Source: Dehalococcoidia bacterium
GTDB lineage: Bacteria; Chloroflexota; Dehalococcoidia; Tepidiformales; Tepidiformaceae
Assembly: GCA_020432105.1 (NCBI GenBank)
Contig: JAGQGZ010000001.1
Span: forward strand, 1-55,163
Reading direction: 5' to 3'
Length of the DNA stretch: 55,163 nt
Part shown: one piece after another, positions 27,557 through 36,576 of the stretch
Numbering within the stretch: position 1 is the stretch's first letter
How the letters are laid out: every line of letters starts with the position of its first letter
The notes under the pieces: generated by a model
What the model saw: only the letters and a program-made list of their open reading frames with translations
Databases searched by the model: none
What the model was told of the DNA's origin: nothing
Translations under genes and position numbers: made by a program

Positions 27557-28216
27557 GTGTCGCGGATTGAGATTCCCCTCTTCCCGTTGAAGACGGTCCT
27601 GTTCCCGGGAGGTGAATTACCACTCCTGATCTTTGAGGAGCGGTATCGGACCATGGCCAGGGAGCTCCTGGAGAGGGGCGGGGTCTTCGGCGTGGTCCTG
27701 ATCAAGCACGGCAACGAGGTCGGTGGTGGGGCGGTGCCTCACGATTACGGGACGACTGCGGTAATCGAGGAGGCCGAAGAGACCACCGGGGGCCGCATCC
27801 GCCTGCATGCGCGCGGCGTTCACCGGTTTCGCCTGGTTCGCTCGCTGCCTCCCCGGCCGTATCCCTTTGGTGAAGTCGAGATCCTGGAAGACGAGGGAGC
27901 GATGAGCAGCGTCGAGCTTCGTGCCGCCGAAACCGTGCGGACGATGTTTCCCAACTACTTTCGCCTTGCCTTCTCGCTGACAGAGCAATGGGCACGCACT
28001 CCCGAACTCCCGCCCGGGGGCCATCGTCTCGTTGACTTTGTTATGCGGTGGGTGCAGACCGATGAGGAAGTGAAGCAGCGGATCCTGGAGATTGAGCCGG
28101 CGGGGGAGCGGCTGGCCGCCCTCGCGGAACTGCTGGACGACCTGCTCGCGCGGCTTCGAATCCAGGTGGAGCAGTACCGCCGCCGGAAGTTCGGCGGCTT
28201 TGGCGCCCAGAACTAG
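27557..28216 (+). CDS. LON substrate-binding (Lon N-terminal, PUA-like) domain protein
   Basis: IPLFPLKTVLFPGGELPLLIFEERYRTM is the canonical Lon N-domain start. At ~219 aa it is a stand-alone form. Confidence 0.85.
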   Translation: MSRIEIPLFPLKTVLFPGGELPLLIFEERYRTMARELLERGGVFGVVLIKHGNEVGGGAVPHDYGTTAVIEEAEETTGGRIRLHARGVHRFRLVRSLPPRPYPFGEVEILEDEGAMSSVELRAAETVRTMFPNYFRLAFSLTEQWARTPELPPGGHRLVDFVMRWVQTDEEVKQRILEIEPAGERLAALAELLDDLLARLRIQVEQYRRRKFGGFGAQN

Positions 28217-29433
28217 GGCAGTGCCAGCATCCGCTCCAGTGCGACGAGCGACCACTCACGCGTTTTGGCGTCGACCCGAATCTCATTAGTCACGTGGCCC
28301 TGCACGAGGCCTTCAAGGCACCAGGCCAGGTAAGCCGGGTGGATCCTGTACATCGTGCTGCAGGGGCAAACGACCGGGTCGAGGCAGAAGACCGTCTTGT
28401 CGGGGTTGGCCTCGGCAAGACGCTTGACGAGGTTGATCTCGGTCCCGACGCCCCAGGCAGTTCCTGGCTCGGCTTCCGTTACGGTGCGGATGATTTTCTC
28501 CGTCGAGCCGTTGTCGTCGGCGGCCTGGACAACTTCCCAGCGGCACTCAGGGTGGACGATGACCTTGAGCCCCGGGTGTTCCTCACGGGCCTTCTCGATC
28601 TGCTCGACGCTGAAGCGCTGATGGGTGCTGCAATGGCCCTGCCAGAGGATGACTCGGGCGCGCTTCAAGGCCTCCGGGTCAACGCCACCACCGGGCACCC
28701 GGAAGTTCCAGAGGACCATCTCCTCAAGGGGGATGCCCATGCTGTAAGCGGTGTTGCGGCCGAGGTGCTGGTCGGGGAAGAAGAGAATCTTCTCGCCCCG
28801 GTCGAAGGCATAGTCGAAAGTCTTGGGGGCATTGCTTGAGGTGCAGACGATACCGTCGTGTTCGCCGACGAAGGCCTTGAGGCTTGCGGCGCTGTTCATG
28901 TAGGTGATCGGGACCACGCTGGCGTCATCGCCGAGGGCTTCGTGGATTTCGTCCCAGGCTGCGTAGACGTCGTCAGGGTCGGCCATATCGGCCATGGAGC
29001 AGCCGGCCGCCATGTTCGGCAGCATCACCGTCACGCTCTCCGGGGTGAGGATGTCGGCGGACTCGGCCATGAAGTGGACGCCACAGAAGAGGATGTACCG
29101 CGCCCGGTCCTGGGCGGCTGCCAGCTGGGCGAGCTTGAAGCTGTCGCCGGTAAAGTCCGCGTACTGGATGACTTCATCGCGCTGGTAGTGATGGCCAAGG
29201 ATTACCAGTTGGTCGCCCAGCGTTGCGCGGGCGGTTCGGATGCGCTGATCGAGCTCTTCCGGTTCCATGGCAAGGTATTCGCGGGGGATGTCCTGTTGCC
29301 ACGCCACGAAGGCGGGCTCTTCTGCGAGAGGACGGGGGATGAGTGCATCGGTCGGGCAGGTGTCCGGGTCCGTATAGAGCTCCAGGAGGTCGTTCTTGTC
29401 GACTACGTCCGGAAGGATTGTCGTGGTTGCCAT
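28213..29433 (-). CDS. nadA: quinolinate synthase
   Basis: Typical NadA blocks are present (ILFCGVHFMAESADIL, VPITYMNSAASLKAF, ILWQGHCSTHQRF, VIVHPEC, CPCSTMYRI). GGGAG lies 8 nt before ATG 29433. Confidence 0.95.
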   Translation of the reverse strand: MATTTILPDVVDKNDLLELYTDPDTCPTDALIPRPLAEEPAFVAWQQDIPREYLAMEPEELDQRIRTARATLGDQLVILGHHYQRDEVIQYADFTGDSFKLAQLAAAQDRARYILFCGVHFMAESADILTPESVTVMLPNMAAGCSMADMADPDDVYAAWDEIHEALGDDASVVPITYMNSAASLKAFVGEHDGIVCTSSNAPKTFDYAFDRGEKILFFPDQHLGRNTAYSMGIPLEEMVLWNFRVPGGGVDPEALKRARVILWQGHCSTHQRFSVEQIEKAREEHPGLKVIVHPECRWEVVQAADDNGSTEKIIRTVTEAEPGTAWGVGTEINLVKRLAEANPDKTVFCLDPVVCPCSTMYRIHPAYLAWCLEGLVQGHVTNEIRVDAKTREWSLVALERMLALP

Positions 29434-29447
29434 CGTGCACGCTCCCT

Positions 29448-29472
29448 ACTTAGTGTCACTACGACACTAAGT
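29448..29472. promoter_or_regulatory. perfect 10-5-10 palindromic operator candidate immediately upstream of the nadA SD
   Basis: ACTTAGTGTC-ACTAC-GACACTAAGT. The arms are perfect reverse complements, and the site lies 15-39 nt upstream of the nadA ATG. Confidence 0.6.
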
Positions 29473-29498
29473 GCTTTTCCTACTGTGCCAAATCATTG

Positions 29499-29523
29499 AG
29501 ATGGTGTCAACCGGACACTAAGT
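29499..29523. promoter_or_regulatory. second, imperfect copy of the nadA operator candidate
   Basis: AGATGGTGTC-AACCG-GACACTAAGT. The right arm is identical to site 1 and the left arm matches 7/10. The centres are 51 bp apart. Confidence 0.45.
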
Positions 29524-29556
29524 AGCGTTACAGTCTCCCGGCGAGGGATCAGCAGG

Positions 29557-29859
29557 CTATTTGCGTTTTGGGCGGGGCTTGATCCATCGGCGTTCGATAA
29601 GCCAACGGGTGGTGAGGCGCGAAAGGGCGAGGCCGAGGACGACGGCGACCGCAATAAAGACAACGATGCTGACCGTTGAGCTGGCGGCACTGACGACGAC
29701 GCCCAGCTGCAGGCCGAGGAACATGCCTGCAGCGAGCGCGAAGAAGACGGGGAAGGTGCGCCAGCGCCACTCGGGCAGTTGCCGGACCGCCGTTTCCGGC
29801 GCGGCGGTGGTGGGAACCGGATTGCTCTTGCGACGGCGTCGTTTGCTGGTCGCGCTCAT
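29557..29859 (-). CDS. small basic membrane protein (2 TM), unknown function
   Basis: It has a Lys/Arg-rich N-terminus (SKRRRRKS) and C-terminus (RRWIKPRPKRK) and two hydrophobic spans. An ATGA overlap joins it to the upstream gene. Confidence 0.55.
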   Translation of the reverse strand: MSATSKRRRRKSNPVPTTAAPETAVRQLPEWRWRTFPVFFALAAGMFLGLQLGVVVSAASSTVSIVVFIAVAVVLGLALSRLTTRWLIERRWIKPRPKRK

Positions 29860-30284
29860 CGGGCGCCTGCCAGGAAAGCGATGACATCGGCACGCCGGAA
29901 GAGCAGGACGCCACCGGTCGTCCTCCGGTGTTTGATCGCTCCCGCCTCGACCGCTTTCACGAGTTCCGCTTCTGAAACCTGCGCCAGGTTGGCGGCTTCT
30001 CCGAGATCGAGGACGTCATCCAGAGCACCGTCTTCTGCCAGGAGACAGCTGTTGCAGGCGAACTCGAGAGCCATGTGTTCGTCGCTGATCCAGACGTCGC
30101 CACAGTCCTTGCCTTCGAGGTCCTGCCGCTGGTTCAGGTGGTAGGCCTTGCCGCATTGAGAGCAGAGCGCGAGCGTGTGTGGCTGGAAGCCTTCGCCGCA
30201 CACGCTGCAGAGGTCGGCGGTTAGTTGTTGGCTAGTGGCCACGGCCCGGATGATATCCCAATCTTGACAGGCGCAAAAACGCAT
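29856..30284 (-). CDS. Cys/His-rich zinc-finger protein fused to an excisionase/MerR-type helix-turn-helix
   Basis: The ligand series is C26xxC29-x11-C41xxC44-x4-H49-x11-C61-x15-C77xxC80. The C-terminal LDLGEAANLAQVSEAELVKAVEAGAIKHRRTTGGVLLFRRADVIAFL matches the Xis/HTH_17-type pattern. The first ~14 codons have low GC3, so the start may be the downstream GTG at 30242. Confidence 0.6.
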   Translation of the reverse strand: MRFCACQDWDIIRAVATSQQLTADLCSVCGEGFQPHTLALCSQCGKAYHLNQRQDLEGKDCGDVWISDEHMALEFACNSCLLAEDGALDDVLDLGEAANLAQVSEAELVKAVEAGAIKHRRTTGGVLLFRRADVIAFLAGAR

Positions 30285-30345
30285 CCATATGATCCACCAA
30301 CCTTAGCAATTCTTTGGGGGCAACCCCGGGACACGCGAAGGAGAT

Positions 30346-31080
30346 GTGGTAGAGCTGGCTTCTTTGCCCGCCCCGGCCCTTCTCTTTGAGCGGCTTCAGA
30401 TCAAGCCGCTATCTGGCGAACTCCTCGTCGAAACGCTCACCCATGCCTCATACGTCAACGAATCCGACTCGACGGCGCGGTCGAATGACCGGCTGGAGTT
30501 CCTCGGCGACGCGATCCTGGGCATGGTGGTCGCCAACGAGCTCTTCCTGGCGCTGCCAGACGCGGGAGAAGGTGACCTGACGCGCATGCGGGCGAGCATT
30601 GTGCGGGGTAGTTCGCTGGCCGAAGTCGCCCGCAGGTTCGAACTCGGCCTCCACCTGATTCTCGGGAAGGGCGAAGAGGCTGCCGGTGGCCGCGACCGGG
30701 ATTCGAACCTCGCCGACATGGTCGAGGCACTGGTCGGCGCGGTCTATGTCGAACACGGGTGGCGGCAGGCCCAGGCGCTCGCCCGGCGCCTGTTGAAGGA
30801 GGAATTGGCTGACGTGCTTTCGTCGGGCGTTCCGCTCGATCCGAAGTCTCACCTGCAGCACCTCGTCCAGGCGCGGTGGCACGAACAGCCCGAATATGTG
30901 ACGGTGGACGATGATCCCGGCGATTCTGCCGCACGGTTCACAGTCGAGGTGAGAATCCGTGGCCAATTGCTGGGAGCTGGCCGGGGGTCGGCGAAGCGGG
31001 AGGCGCAGGAACGCGCCGCCCGGGTCGCCATTCGGGCCCTGGTAGAACGTGGCGGGGACGGGGGCAAAGCGTGTACTTGA
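30346..31080 (+). CDS. rnc: ribonuclease III
   Basis: It has LTHASYVNE...NDRLEFLGDAILG (RNase III signature) and a C-terminal dsRBD (GSAKREAQERAARVAI). Confidence 0.9.
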   Translation: MVELASLPAPALLFERLQIKPLSGELLVETLTHASYVNESDSTARSNDRLEFLGDAILGMVVANELFLALPDAGEGDLTRMRASIVRGSSLAEVARRFELGLHLILGKGEEAAGGRDRDSNLADMVEALVGAVYVEHGWRQAQALARRLLKEELADVLSSGVPLDPKSHLQHLVQARWHEQPEYVTVDDDPGDSAARFTVEVRIRGQLLGAGRGSAKREAQERAARVAIRALVERGGDGGKACT

Positions 31081-34000
31081 AGCGGCTCGCCGTCCAGGGC
31101 TTCAAGAGTTTCCCGGAGCGGACGACGTTCGAGTTCGGCCCTGGAATCACCGCGATCGTCGGTCCCAACGGCTCAGGCAAGAGCAACGTCTCCGATGCGA
31201 TTCGCTGGGTGCTGGGCGAACAGAGTTTCCGCAACCTCCGGGCGAAGAAAGCCGAAGATGTGATCTTCGCCGGCACCTCGTCCCGGTCGCCCGTGGGCAT
31301 GGCGGAAGCCATCCTCACGCTGGACAACGAAGATCGCTGGTTGCCGATCGACTTCGCCGAGGTCGAAATCGGACGCCGTGTGTATCGAAGCGGTGAGTCT
31401 GAATACCTGCTGAACGGGTCACGGGTGCGGCTGCGTGATCTCTCTGACCTGCTGATGAAGGCGGACGTCGGACAGAACAGCTACACGATTATGGGTCAGG
31501 GGCTCGTCGACGAGGTGCTCTCGATGTCGCCGGAACAGCGGCGGGTGTTCCTCGATGAAGCTGCCGACGTGAAGCGCTTCCGCATGCGGATCACGGAGGC
31601 GCTGCGTCGTCTCGAGGCGACCCGGGACAACATCGCCCGCGTGGACCTCGTTCTCAATGAGCTACGACCACGCCTCGCGCAGCTCGAACGGCAGGCTGGC
31701 CGCGCCGCGGAGCACGCAAAGCTATCGGCTGAGCTTACGGAGTTGCTCAAGCTCTTCTACGGCCAGCGATGGGCCGATGCCCAGAACGCGTTGACGCGGG
31801 CAATGGCAGCACTGGATCAGCGTGTGGAAGCGAACCAGGAGGCCGAGCAGCGCGTTACCCAGCTGCGAGAACAGATAACGGCCCTGGGCGACGAGATTCG
31901 GCGGCGACGAGAAGCAATTTCGCGGCGCGACACGCGTTCGAATGAGTTCGCCCAGCGTCTTTCGTCGCTGGAACAAAACCTGGACCTGGACCGTGAACGG
32001 CACGCCATGCTCTCGGGCCGCCGTGAGGAATTGCGGATCGAGTTGGAGGCGCTCGAGACGGAGCGGCTGAGCCTCGACACCACCGATGTCGACGAAGGGC
32101 GCCGGGGGATGGAAGTGGGTGAACAGGAGGAGGTGGCGAGGGAAGCCGCGGTGTTGACGCGGAGGCGATTGGACGAAGCCGAGCGCGCCTACGGGATTGC
32201 CCGCGCAAGAGCCCAGGAGCTTCGTGAAGGGGCGGAAGCCGATGAGCGCAGGCTGGGCTCGTTCCAGGCCGAGATGGAAGCAGCGCGACGCCGGATTGCT
32301 GAACTCGAACAGGAGCATGAGCAGTTCGATGCCCGGCGTAAGCAGTCACTGGTGGAGCTGATTGGCTACGGGCGCAAGTACCGGGAGATCAAGGCTGAGC
32401 TCGTCACCGCGGAGGCCACGCTGGCTGCCGCCCGTGGTGAAGCCGACCAGGCTCGGCAACGATTGCAACGAGTACAGGATGAAGTGCGTCGCTACGAATC
32501 GGCGGGCAACGAGGAGCTTCGTGAGCTGGACCGCCTGGAAGGGCGCCTGGATGCGCTGCGGAGAGTCCAGGCCGAACACGACGGCATCGCCGTGGGCACG
32601 CGCCAGTCGCTGATCATGGGGCAGGCGCTGCTCGATGAGGTGCAGCCCGGGTCGCTGGGAGAGGCGCCTGAAATCGAAGGGGTTGTCGGGCTTCTCTCAC
32701 GCCAGATCCGCGTCCCTTCAGGCCTCGAGACGGCAATCAATGCGGCTCTTGAAAATCGCCTGCACTCGGTCATCGTTCGGGAGGAGACCCAGGTACTGAA
32801 GGCGATCAACCTGCTGCGCCAGCGTGGCCATGGGCGCGCCCAGTTCATCCCGCTGGATTCGATCCGCCATGTCTATCCGCTCAACCTGCAGAAGGAGCGT
32901 GGCGTCGTCGGAGTAGCGAGCAAGCTGGTTCGCTGCGAGGGCGAATTCCGCAATCTCCTCGACACCTTGCTTGGCCGGATCATCGTTGTGGAAGACATGG
33001 AAGCCGGGATGCGCATGATCAGCCGCTCGCTCGGTTCGGTGGTGACGCTCGACGGTACGTTCATCGAGCCAACCGGGGTGGTCAGCGGCGGGTCGGCGGG
33101 AACGGATGAGACGGTGTTTTCTCGCCAGAGAGAGCTGGAGGAGCTTCCAGAACGCATTGCCGAACTACGCGAGCGAACCGACCGCAGCCAGGAACGACTT
33201 GAAACGGCGCGAGATTCGCTGGAGCAACTTGTGATCTCAGCGCGTGAAGCAGACAGCCGCTACGACGACCTCCGCAAGACGGGTGATACATCTCGCGTGA
33301 ATCTCGAGCGCGAGCGCCAGAAGCTGCACCGGATTCGCCGTGACCTCGACAGCCTTGTATCGCGGCGTGAGGGGCTCGAACGCGACCAGGTTGAATTGCA
33401 GCAGCGGTACGAGACCGCGCGCGCGGGCATGGCCGAGCTGGAGACGCGGCGAACTGACCGTCGTGCCGACATGCAGCGGGCAGAAGAAGAGGTCACGCGG
33501 ACTACGGAGGAACGGGAGTCGGCGATACGAGCGGTGGCGGAAGCCAGCGGCCGGCTGGCGTCTGTGGAGGGCGAGCGTAAAGCCCTGCAGATGCTGCGCG
33601 AACAGCACGACAAGGCCAAAGAGCGCATTGCCAGCCAGATGACCGCCCGGACCGCGCAGGCCCAGAATTTCGAGGCCGAAGCGACGGCCGTGAGCGAACG
33701 AATTGCCCGCTTGCAGAGCCAGCTGGAAGGGCTGCGTGTCGAGCAGGCACACGCCACCGATGATGTGGCGCCCGACCTGGATGAGCTGCACCGCTTCGAA
33801 ACCCACGAGCGGCAGGTACAGGACGAGCTGGGTGCAGCACATGCCGCCCTGCTGGATGCGGAACGGGCCCGCCTGGATGCTGAAACCGGTGTAGGCCGGG
33901 CTCGCGAACGGCTCGACGTTCTACGCGAGGAGATGGCCCGGGAGGGACTGGGACCGAACGAGGACGGCTCTATCGTGCCGGTCGATGAAGCTTCTCCCCC

Positions 34001-34757
34001 GGAAGAGCCGGTTGAGACCGGGGAAGAACCCTCCGCCACAGAGGAGACCGAGGATCCGGTCGCGGCACCGCGAGTCTCGGGCGCCACCGAAGTCGATCTG
34101 GACGAGATCAGGGTGCGGATAGACGATGTCAGGCGTCAGATCCGGCGGCTTGGGCCGATCAATGAGGAAGCCCCCGGAGACTACGAAGAGAGCAAGGAGC
34201 GGTACGAGTTCCTGACGGGCCAGTTAGAGGACCTGACCCAGGCGGAGGCCCAGTTGCGCTCGGTGATCCATGACCTGCAGGGTGAAATCAAGACGCGTTT
34301 CGATGCCGCGTTTGTGACGGTGAACGAGGCGTTCGGCAAGTACTTCACGTCGTTCTTTGGTGGTGGCAAGGCATCGCTGGCGTTGACCGATCCGGAGGAC
34401 TCGACCGATTCGGGCATCGAAATCACGGCCCAGCCGCCGGGGAAGCGGATCGAGTCGCTGAGCTTGCTTTCAGGGGGCGAGCGCTCACTGACGGCGGTGG
34501 CGCTGCTCTTCGCCCTTCTCGCGGCTAACCCTGCCCCGTTCTGCGTGCTCGATGAAGTTGATGCAGCACTCGACGAGGCGAACGTCGGCCGCTTTGCCGA
34601 TTCGCTGAGTGCACTTTCCGAGAAGACGCAGTTCATTACCGTGACCCACAACCGGCGAACGGTGGAAGCGGCCGACGCCATTTACGGTGTGTCGATGGCC
34701 CGCGACGGTGTTTCCCAGGTCCTTTCGCTCAAACTTTCGGACCTGCCGAAGACGTAG
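31071..34757 (+). CDS. smc: chromosome segregation protein SMC
   Basis: It begins MYLKRLAVQGFKSF and has Walker A GPNGSGKSN, long coiled coils, a hinge, the signature LSGGE and Walker B FCVLDEVDAALD. It overlaps rnc by 10 nt. Confidence 0.95.
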   Translation: MYLKRLAVQGFKSFPERTTFEFGPGITAIVGPNGSGKSNVSDAIRWVLGEQSFRNLRAKKAEDVIFAGTSSRSPVGMAEAILTLDNEDRWLPIDFAEVEIGRRVYRSGESEYLLNGSRVRLRDLSDLLMKADVGQNSYTIMGQGLVDEVLSMSPEQRRVFLDEAADVKRFRMRITEALRRLEATRDNIARVDLVLNELRPRLAQLERQAGRAAEHAKLSAELTELLKLFYGQRWADAQNALTRAMAALDQRVEANQEAEQRVTQLREQITALGDEIRRRREAISRRDTRSNEFAQRLSSLEQNLDLDRERHAMLSGRREELRIELEALETERLSLDTTDVDEGRRGMEVGEQEEVAREAAVLTRRRLDEAERAYGIARARAQELREGAEADERRLGSFQAEMEAARRRIAELEQEHEQFDARRKQSLVELIGYGRKYREIKAELVTAEATLAAARGEADQARQRLQRVQDEVRRYESAGNEELRELDRLEGRLDALRRVQAEHDGIAVGTRQSLIMGQALLDEVQPGSLGEAPEIEGVVGLLSRQIRVPSGLETAINAALENRLHSVIVREETQVLKAINLLRQRGHGRAQFIPLDSIRHVYPLNLQKERGVVGVASKLVRCEGEFRNLLDTLLGRIIVVEDMEAGMRMISRSLGSVVTLDGTFIEPTGVVSGGSAGTDETVFSRQRELEELPERIAELRERTDRSQERLETARDSLEQLVISAREADSRYDDLRKTGDTSRVNLERERQKLHRIRRDLDSLVSRREGLERDQVELQQRYETARAGMAELETRRTDRRADMQRAEEEVTRTTEERESAIRAVAEASGRLASVEGERKALQMLREQHDKAKERIASQMTARTAQAQNFEAEATAVSERIARLQSQLEGLRVEQAHATDDVAPDLDELHRFETHERQVQDELGAAHAALLDAERARLDAETGVGRARERLDVLREEMAREGLGPNEDGSIVPVDEASPPEEPVETGEEPSATEETEDPVAAPRVSGATEVDLDEIRVRIDDVRRQIRRLGPINEEAPGDYEESKERYEFLTGQLEDLTQAEAQLRSVIHDLQGEIKTRFDAAFVTVNEAFGKYFTSFFGGGKASLALTDPEDSTDSGIEITAQPPGKRIESLSLLSGGERSLTAVALLFALLAANPAPFCVLDEVDAALDEANVGRFADSLSALSEKTQFITVTHNRRTVEAADAIYGVSMARDGVSQVLSLKLSDLPKT

Positions 34758-34839
34758 TTCACCAGACCGTATCCAGACGTCCGTGTATGCTCCGAACCCG
34801 CGGCGTGGCCGTGATTCCAGTTGACCCGGAGCTTCGAAC

Positions 34840-35724
34840 ATGAGCGTTCTTCTTGATGCCAACACCCGCCTGCTGGTGCAGGGAATCGGCACCGAGGGTA
34901 CGAACCATATGAAGCGTTCGATCGACTACGGTACGAACGTTGTGGCGGCCATCCATCCCCGGCGTGGCGGCGAGCAGCAGGAAGGCGTGCCGATCTTCAC
35001 GACCGTGGACCAGGCCGTGCGCGAAACCGGCGCGAACGTTTCGATCATCTTTGTCCCCGCGCCGTTTGCCGCCGATGCCATGCTCGAAGCTGTCGCAGCG
35101 GACATCCCCCTCGTTGTTTGCATCACCGAAGGCATCCCCGTGATGGACATGGTCCGGGTGAAGCGAACGCTCTCCGGGCGCAAATCGATCCTCATCGGGC
35201 CCAACTGCCCGGGCGTCATCACCCCGAGCACGAAGACGCGCGTCGGCATCATGCCCGGCGACGTGTTCCTCCCGGGCAAGGTTGGCGTTGTCAGCCGCTC
35301 CGGCACCCTGGTGTACGAAGTCGTGGCCCAGCTCACGAGTCTCGGCATCGGCCAGAGCACCTGTATCGGCGTTGGTGGCGACCCGATTATCGGTACGCGG
35401 CAGGTGGAAGCCGTACGCCTGCTCAATGAAGATCCAGACACCGACGCTATCGTCCTCGTCGGCGAAATCGGGGGGAGTGCCGAACAGGAAGCCGCCGCCT
35501 ACATCAGGGAGCACGTGAAGAAGCCGGTTGTGGCATTCATCGCCGGCGCAACGGCCCCTCCCGGCCGCCGCATGGGCCATGCCGGCGCGATCATCAGCGG
35601 CGAGGACGGCAAGGCCGAGAACAAGAAGGCCGCGCTCCGCGATGCCGGCGCCTACGTCAGCGATTCTCCGGCGGAGATCGGGATTACGATGCAGAGGGCA
35701 CGAGCAGAGCGAGGCTTGCGCTAG
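34840..35724 (+). CDS. sucD: succinate--CoA ligase alpha subunit (or SucD-like CoA-ligase alpha subunit)
   Basis: It has [32 protein letters not shown] and the phosphohistidine loop GHAGAIISG. No sucC gene is adjacent. Confidence 0.9.
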   Translation: MSVLLDANTRLLVQGIGTEGTNHMKRSIDYGTNVVAAIHPRRGGEQQEGVPIFTTVDQAVRETGANVSIIFVPAPFAADAMLEAVAADIPLVVCITEGIPVMDMVRVKRTLSGRKSILIGPNCPGVITPSTKTRVGIMPGDVFLPGKVGVVSRSGTLVYEVVAQLTSLGIGQSTCIGVGGDPIIGTRQVEAVRLLNEDPDTDAIVLVGEIGGSAEQEAAAYIREHVKKPVVAFIAGATAPPGRRMGHAGAIISGEDGKAENKKAALRDAGAYVSDSPAEIGITMQRARAERGLR

Positions 35725-35992
35725 CCCTACTGGGAAACCAGGTTCCGTGCCCGGCGGTAGCGAACGCTTCCGCTTCTCCCTGCGGCGTCAAGTGCGTTTC
35801 AATCTTGTCGGGCGAGATGTGGAAGATGTTGCCGTCGATGTCCAGTCCTCCGCTCCGCCCTGTAGTGGAGCACACCAACGATCGGCGGCTAAGCGTGGAT
35901 TCGAAGGCGAATGAGGCCTGGTGAGATCGTGGATTGACCGGCACCGCTGGAGCCACCGGTGAGGAGGTCGGGCATCGGGCGAGTGTAGCCAT
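35684..35992 (-). pseudogene. possible decayed VOC/glyoxalase-family remnant (very tentative)
   Basis: FAFES...TTGRSGGLDIDGNIFHISPD resembles the last beta-strands of VOC proteins (yf.DPdGn.iel), with locally high GC3. No convincing N-terminal half or start is present, and the upstream part looks frame-disrupted. Confidence 0.2.
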
Positions 35993-36093
35993 GGGGCCGG
36001 GGCGGGCGAAACGGTGATTCGGCGGGATGTACGTCGCCGGATTCCGCGTGGCCGATCTGCTAGCCTGCCTCCACTTACTATTGGGAGGCGGCC

Positions 36094-36576
36094 ATGTCCG
36101 ACGGAAGCCCTGAATCCGAAGCCCTGCTGAAACAGCCCTACGGCATCTTTCTCGTAGGCTCACGCGATGGCGACGAGATGAACCTGATGACCGCGAACTG
36201 GGGTACGCAGGTGTCGTTCGAGCCACGGCTGTACGCAATCCTCATCGAGCGGGATGCCCACACGCGGAAGCTCATCGACGCCGGCGGGGCGTTTAGCATT
36301 AGCTACCTCCCCGCCGATTCCGAGCATGTGGTCAGCTTCTACACGAAGCCCGCCGAGGTGGTTGGTAACAAGCTGGGCGAGCATGCATTCATTGAAGCGC
36401 CGCAGACGAAAGTCCCCGTGCTTGAGGAAGCGGTTGCCTGGTTTGAGTGTCGCGTCACACAGACCCACGAGATTGGTGACCATATCCAGTACGTCGGGGA
36501 GGTCGTGGGTGGTGCCGTCAACAGCGACGCCCCTGCCTGGACATTGCAGGAACTCGGCTGGGACTACGGAGGCTAG
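36094..36576 (+). CDS. flavin reductase-like FMN-binding split-barrel protein
   Basis: It has GIFLVGSRDGDEMNLMTANWGTQVSFEPRLYAILI... and WFECRV...GDHIQYVGEVV. A GGGAGG SD precedes ATG 36094. Confidence 0.85.
   Translation: MSDGSPESEALLKQPYGIFLVGSRDGDEMNLMTANWGTQVSFEPRLYAILIERDAHTRKLIDAGGAFSISYLPADSEHVVSFYTKPAEVVGNKLGEHAFIEAPQTKVPVLEEAVAWFECRVTQTHEIGDHIQYVGEVVGGAVNSDAPAWTLQELGWDYGG

Noticed and set aside
35528-35914. 128-aa + strand ORF overlapping the 3' end of sucD.
   Set aside because: It is out of frame with sucD over most of its length and its translation is Arg/Ala/Pro-rich. No motif was found.
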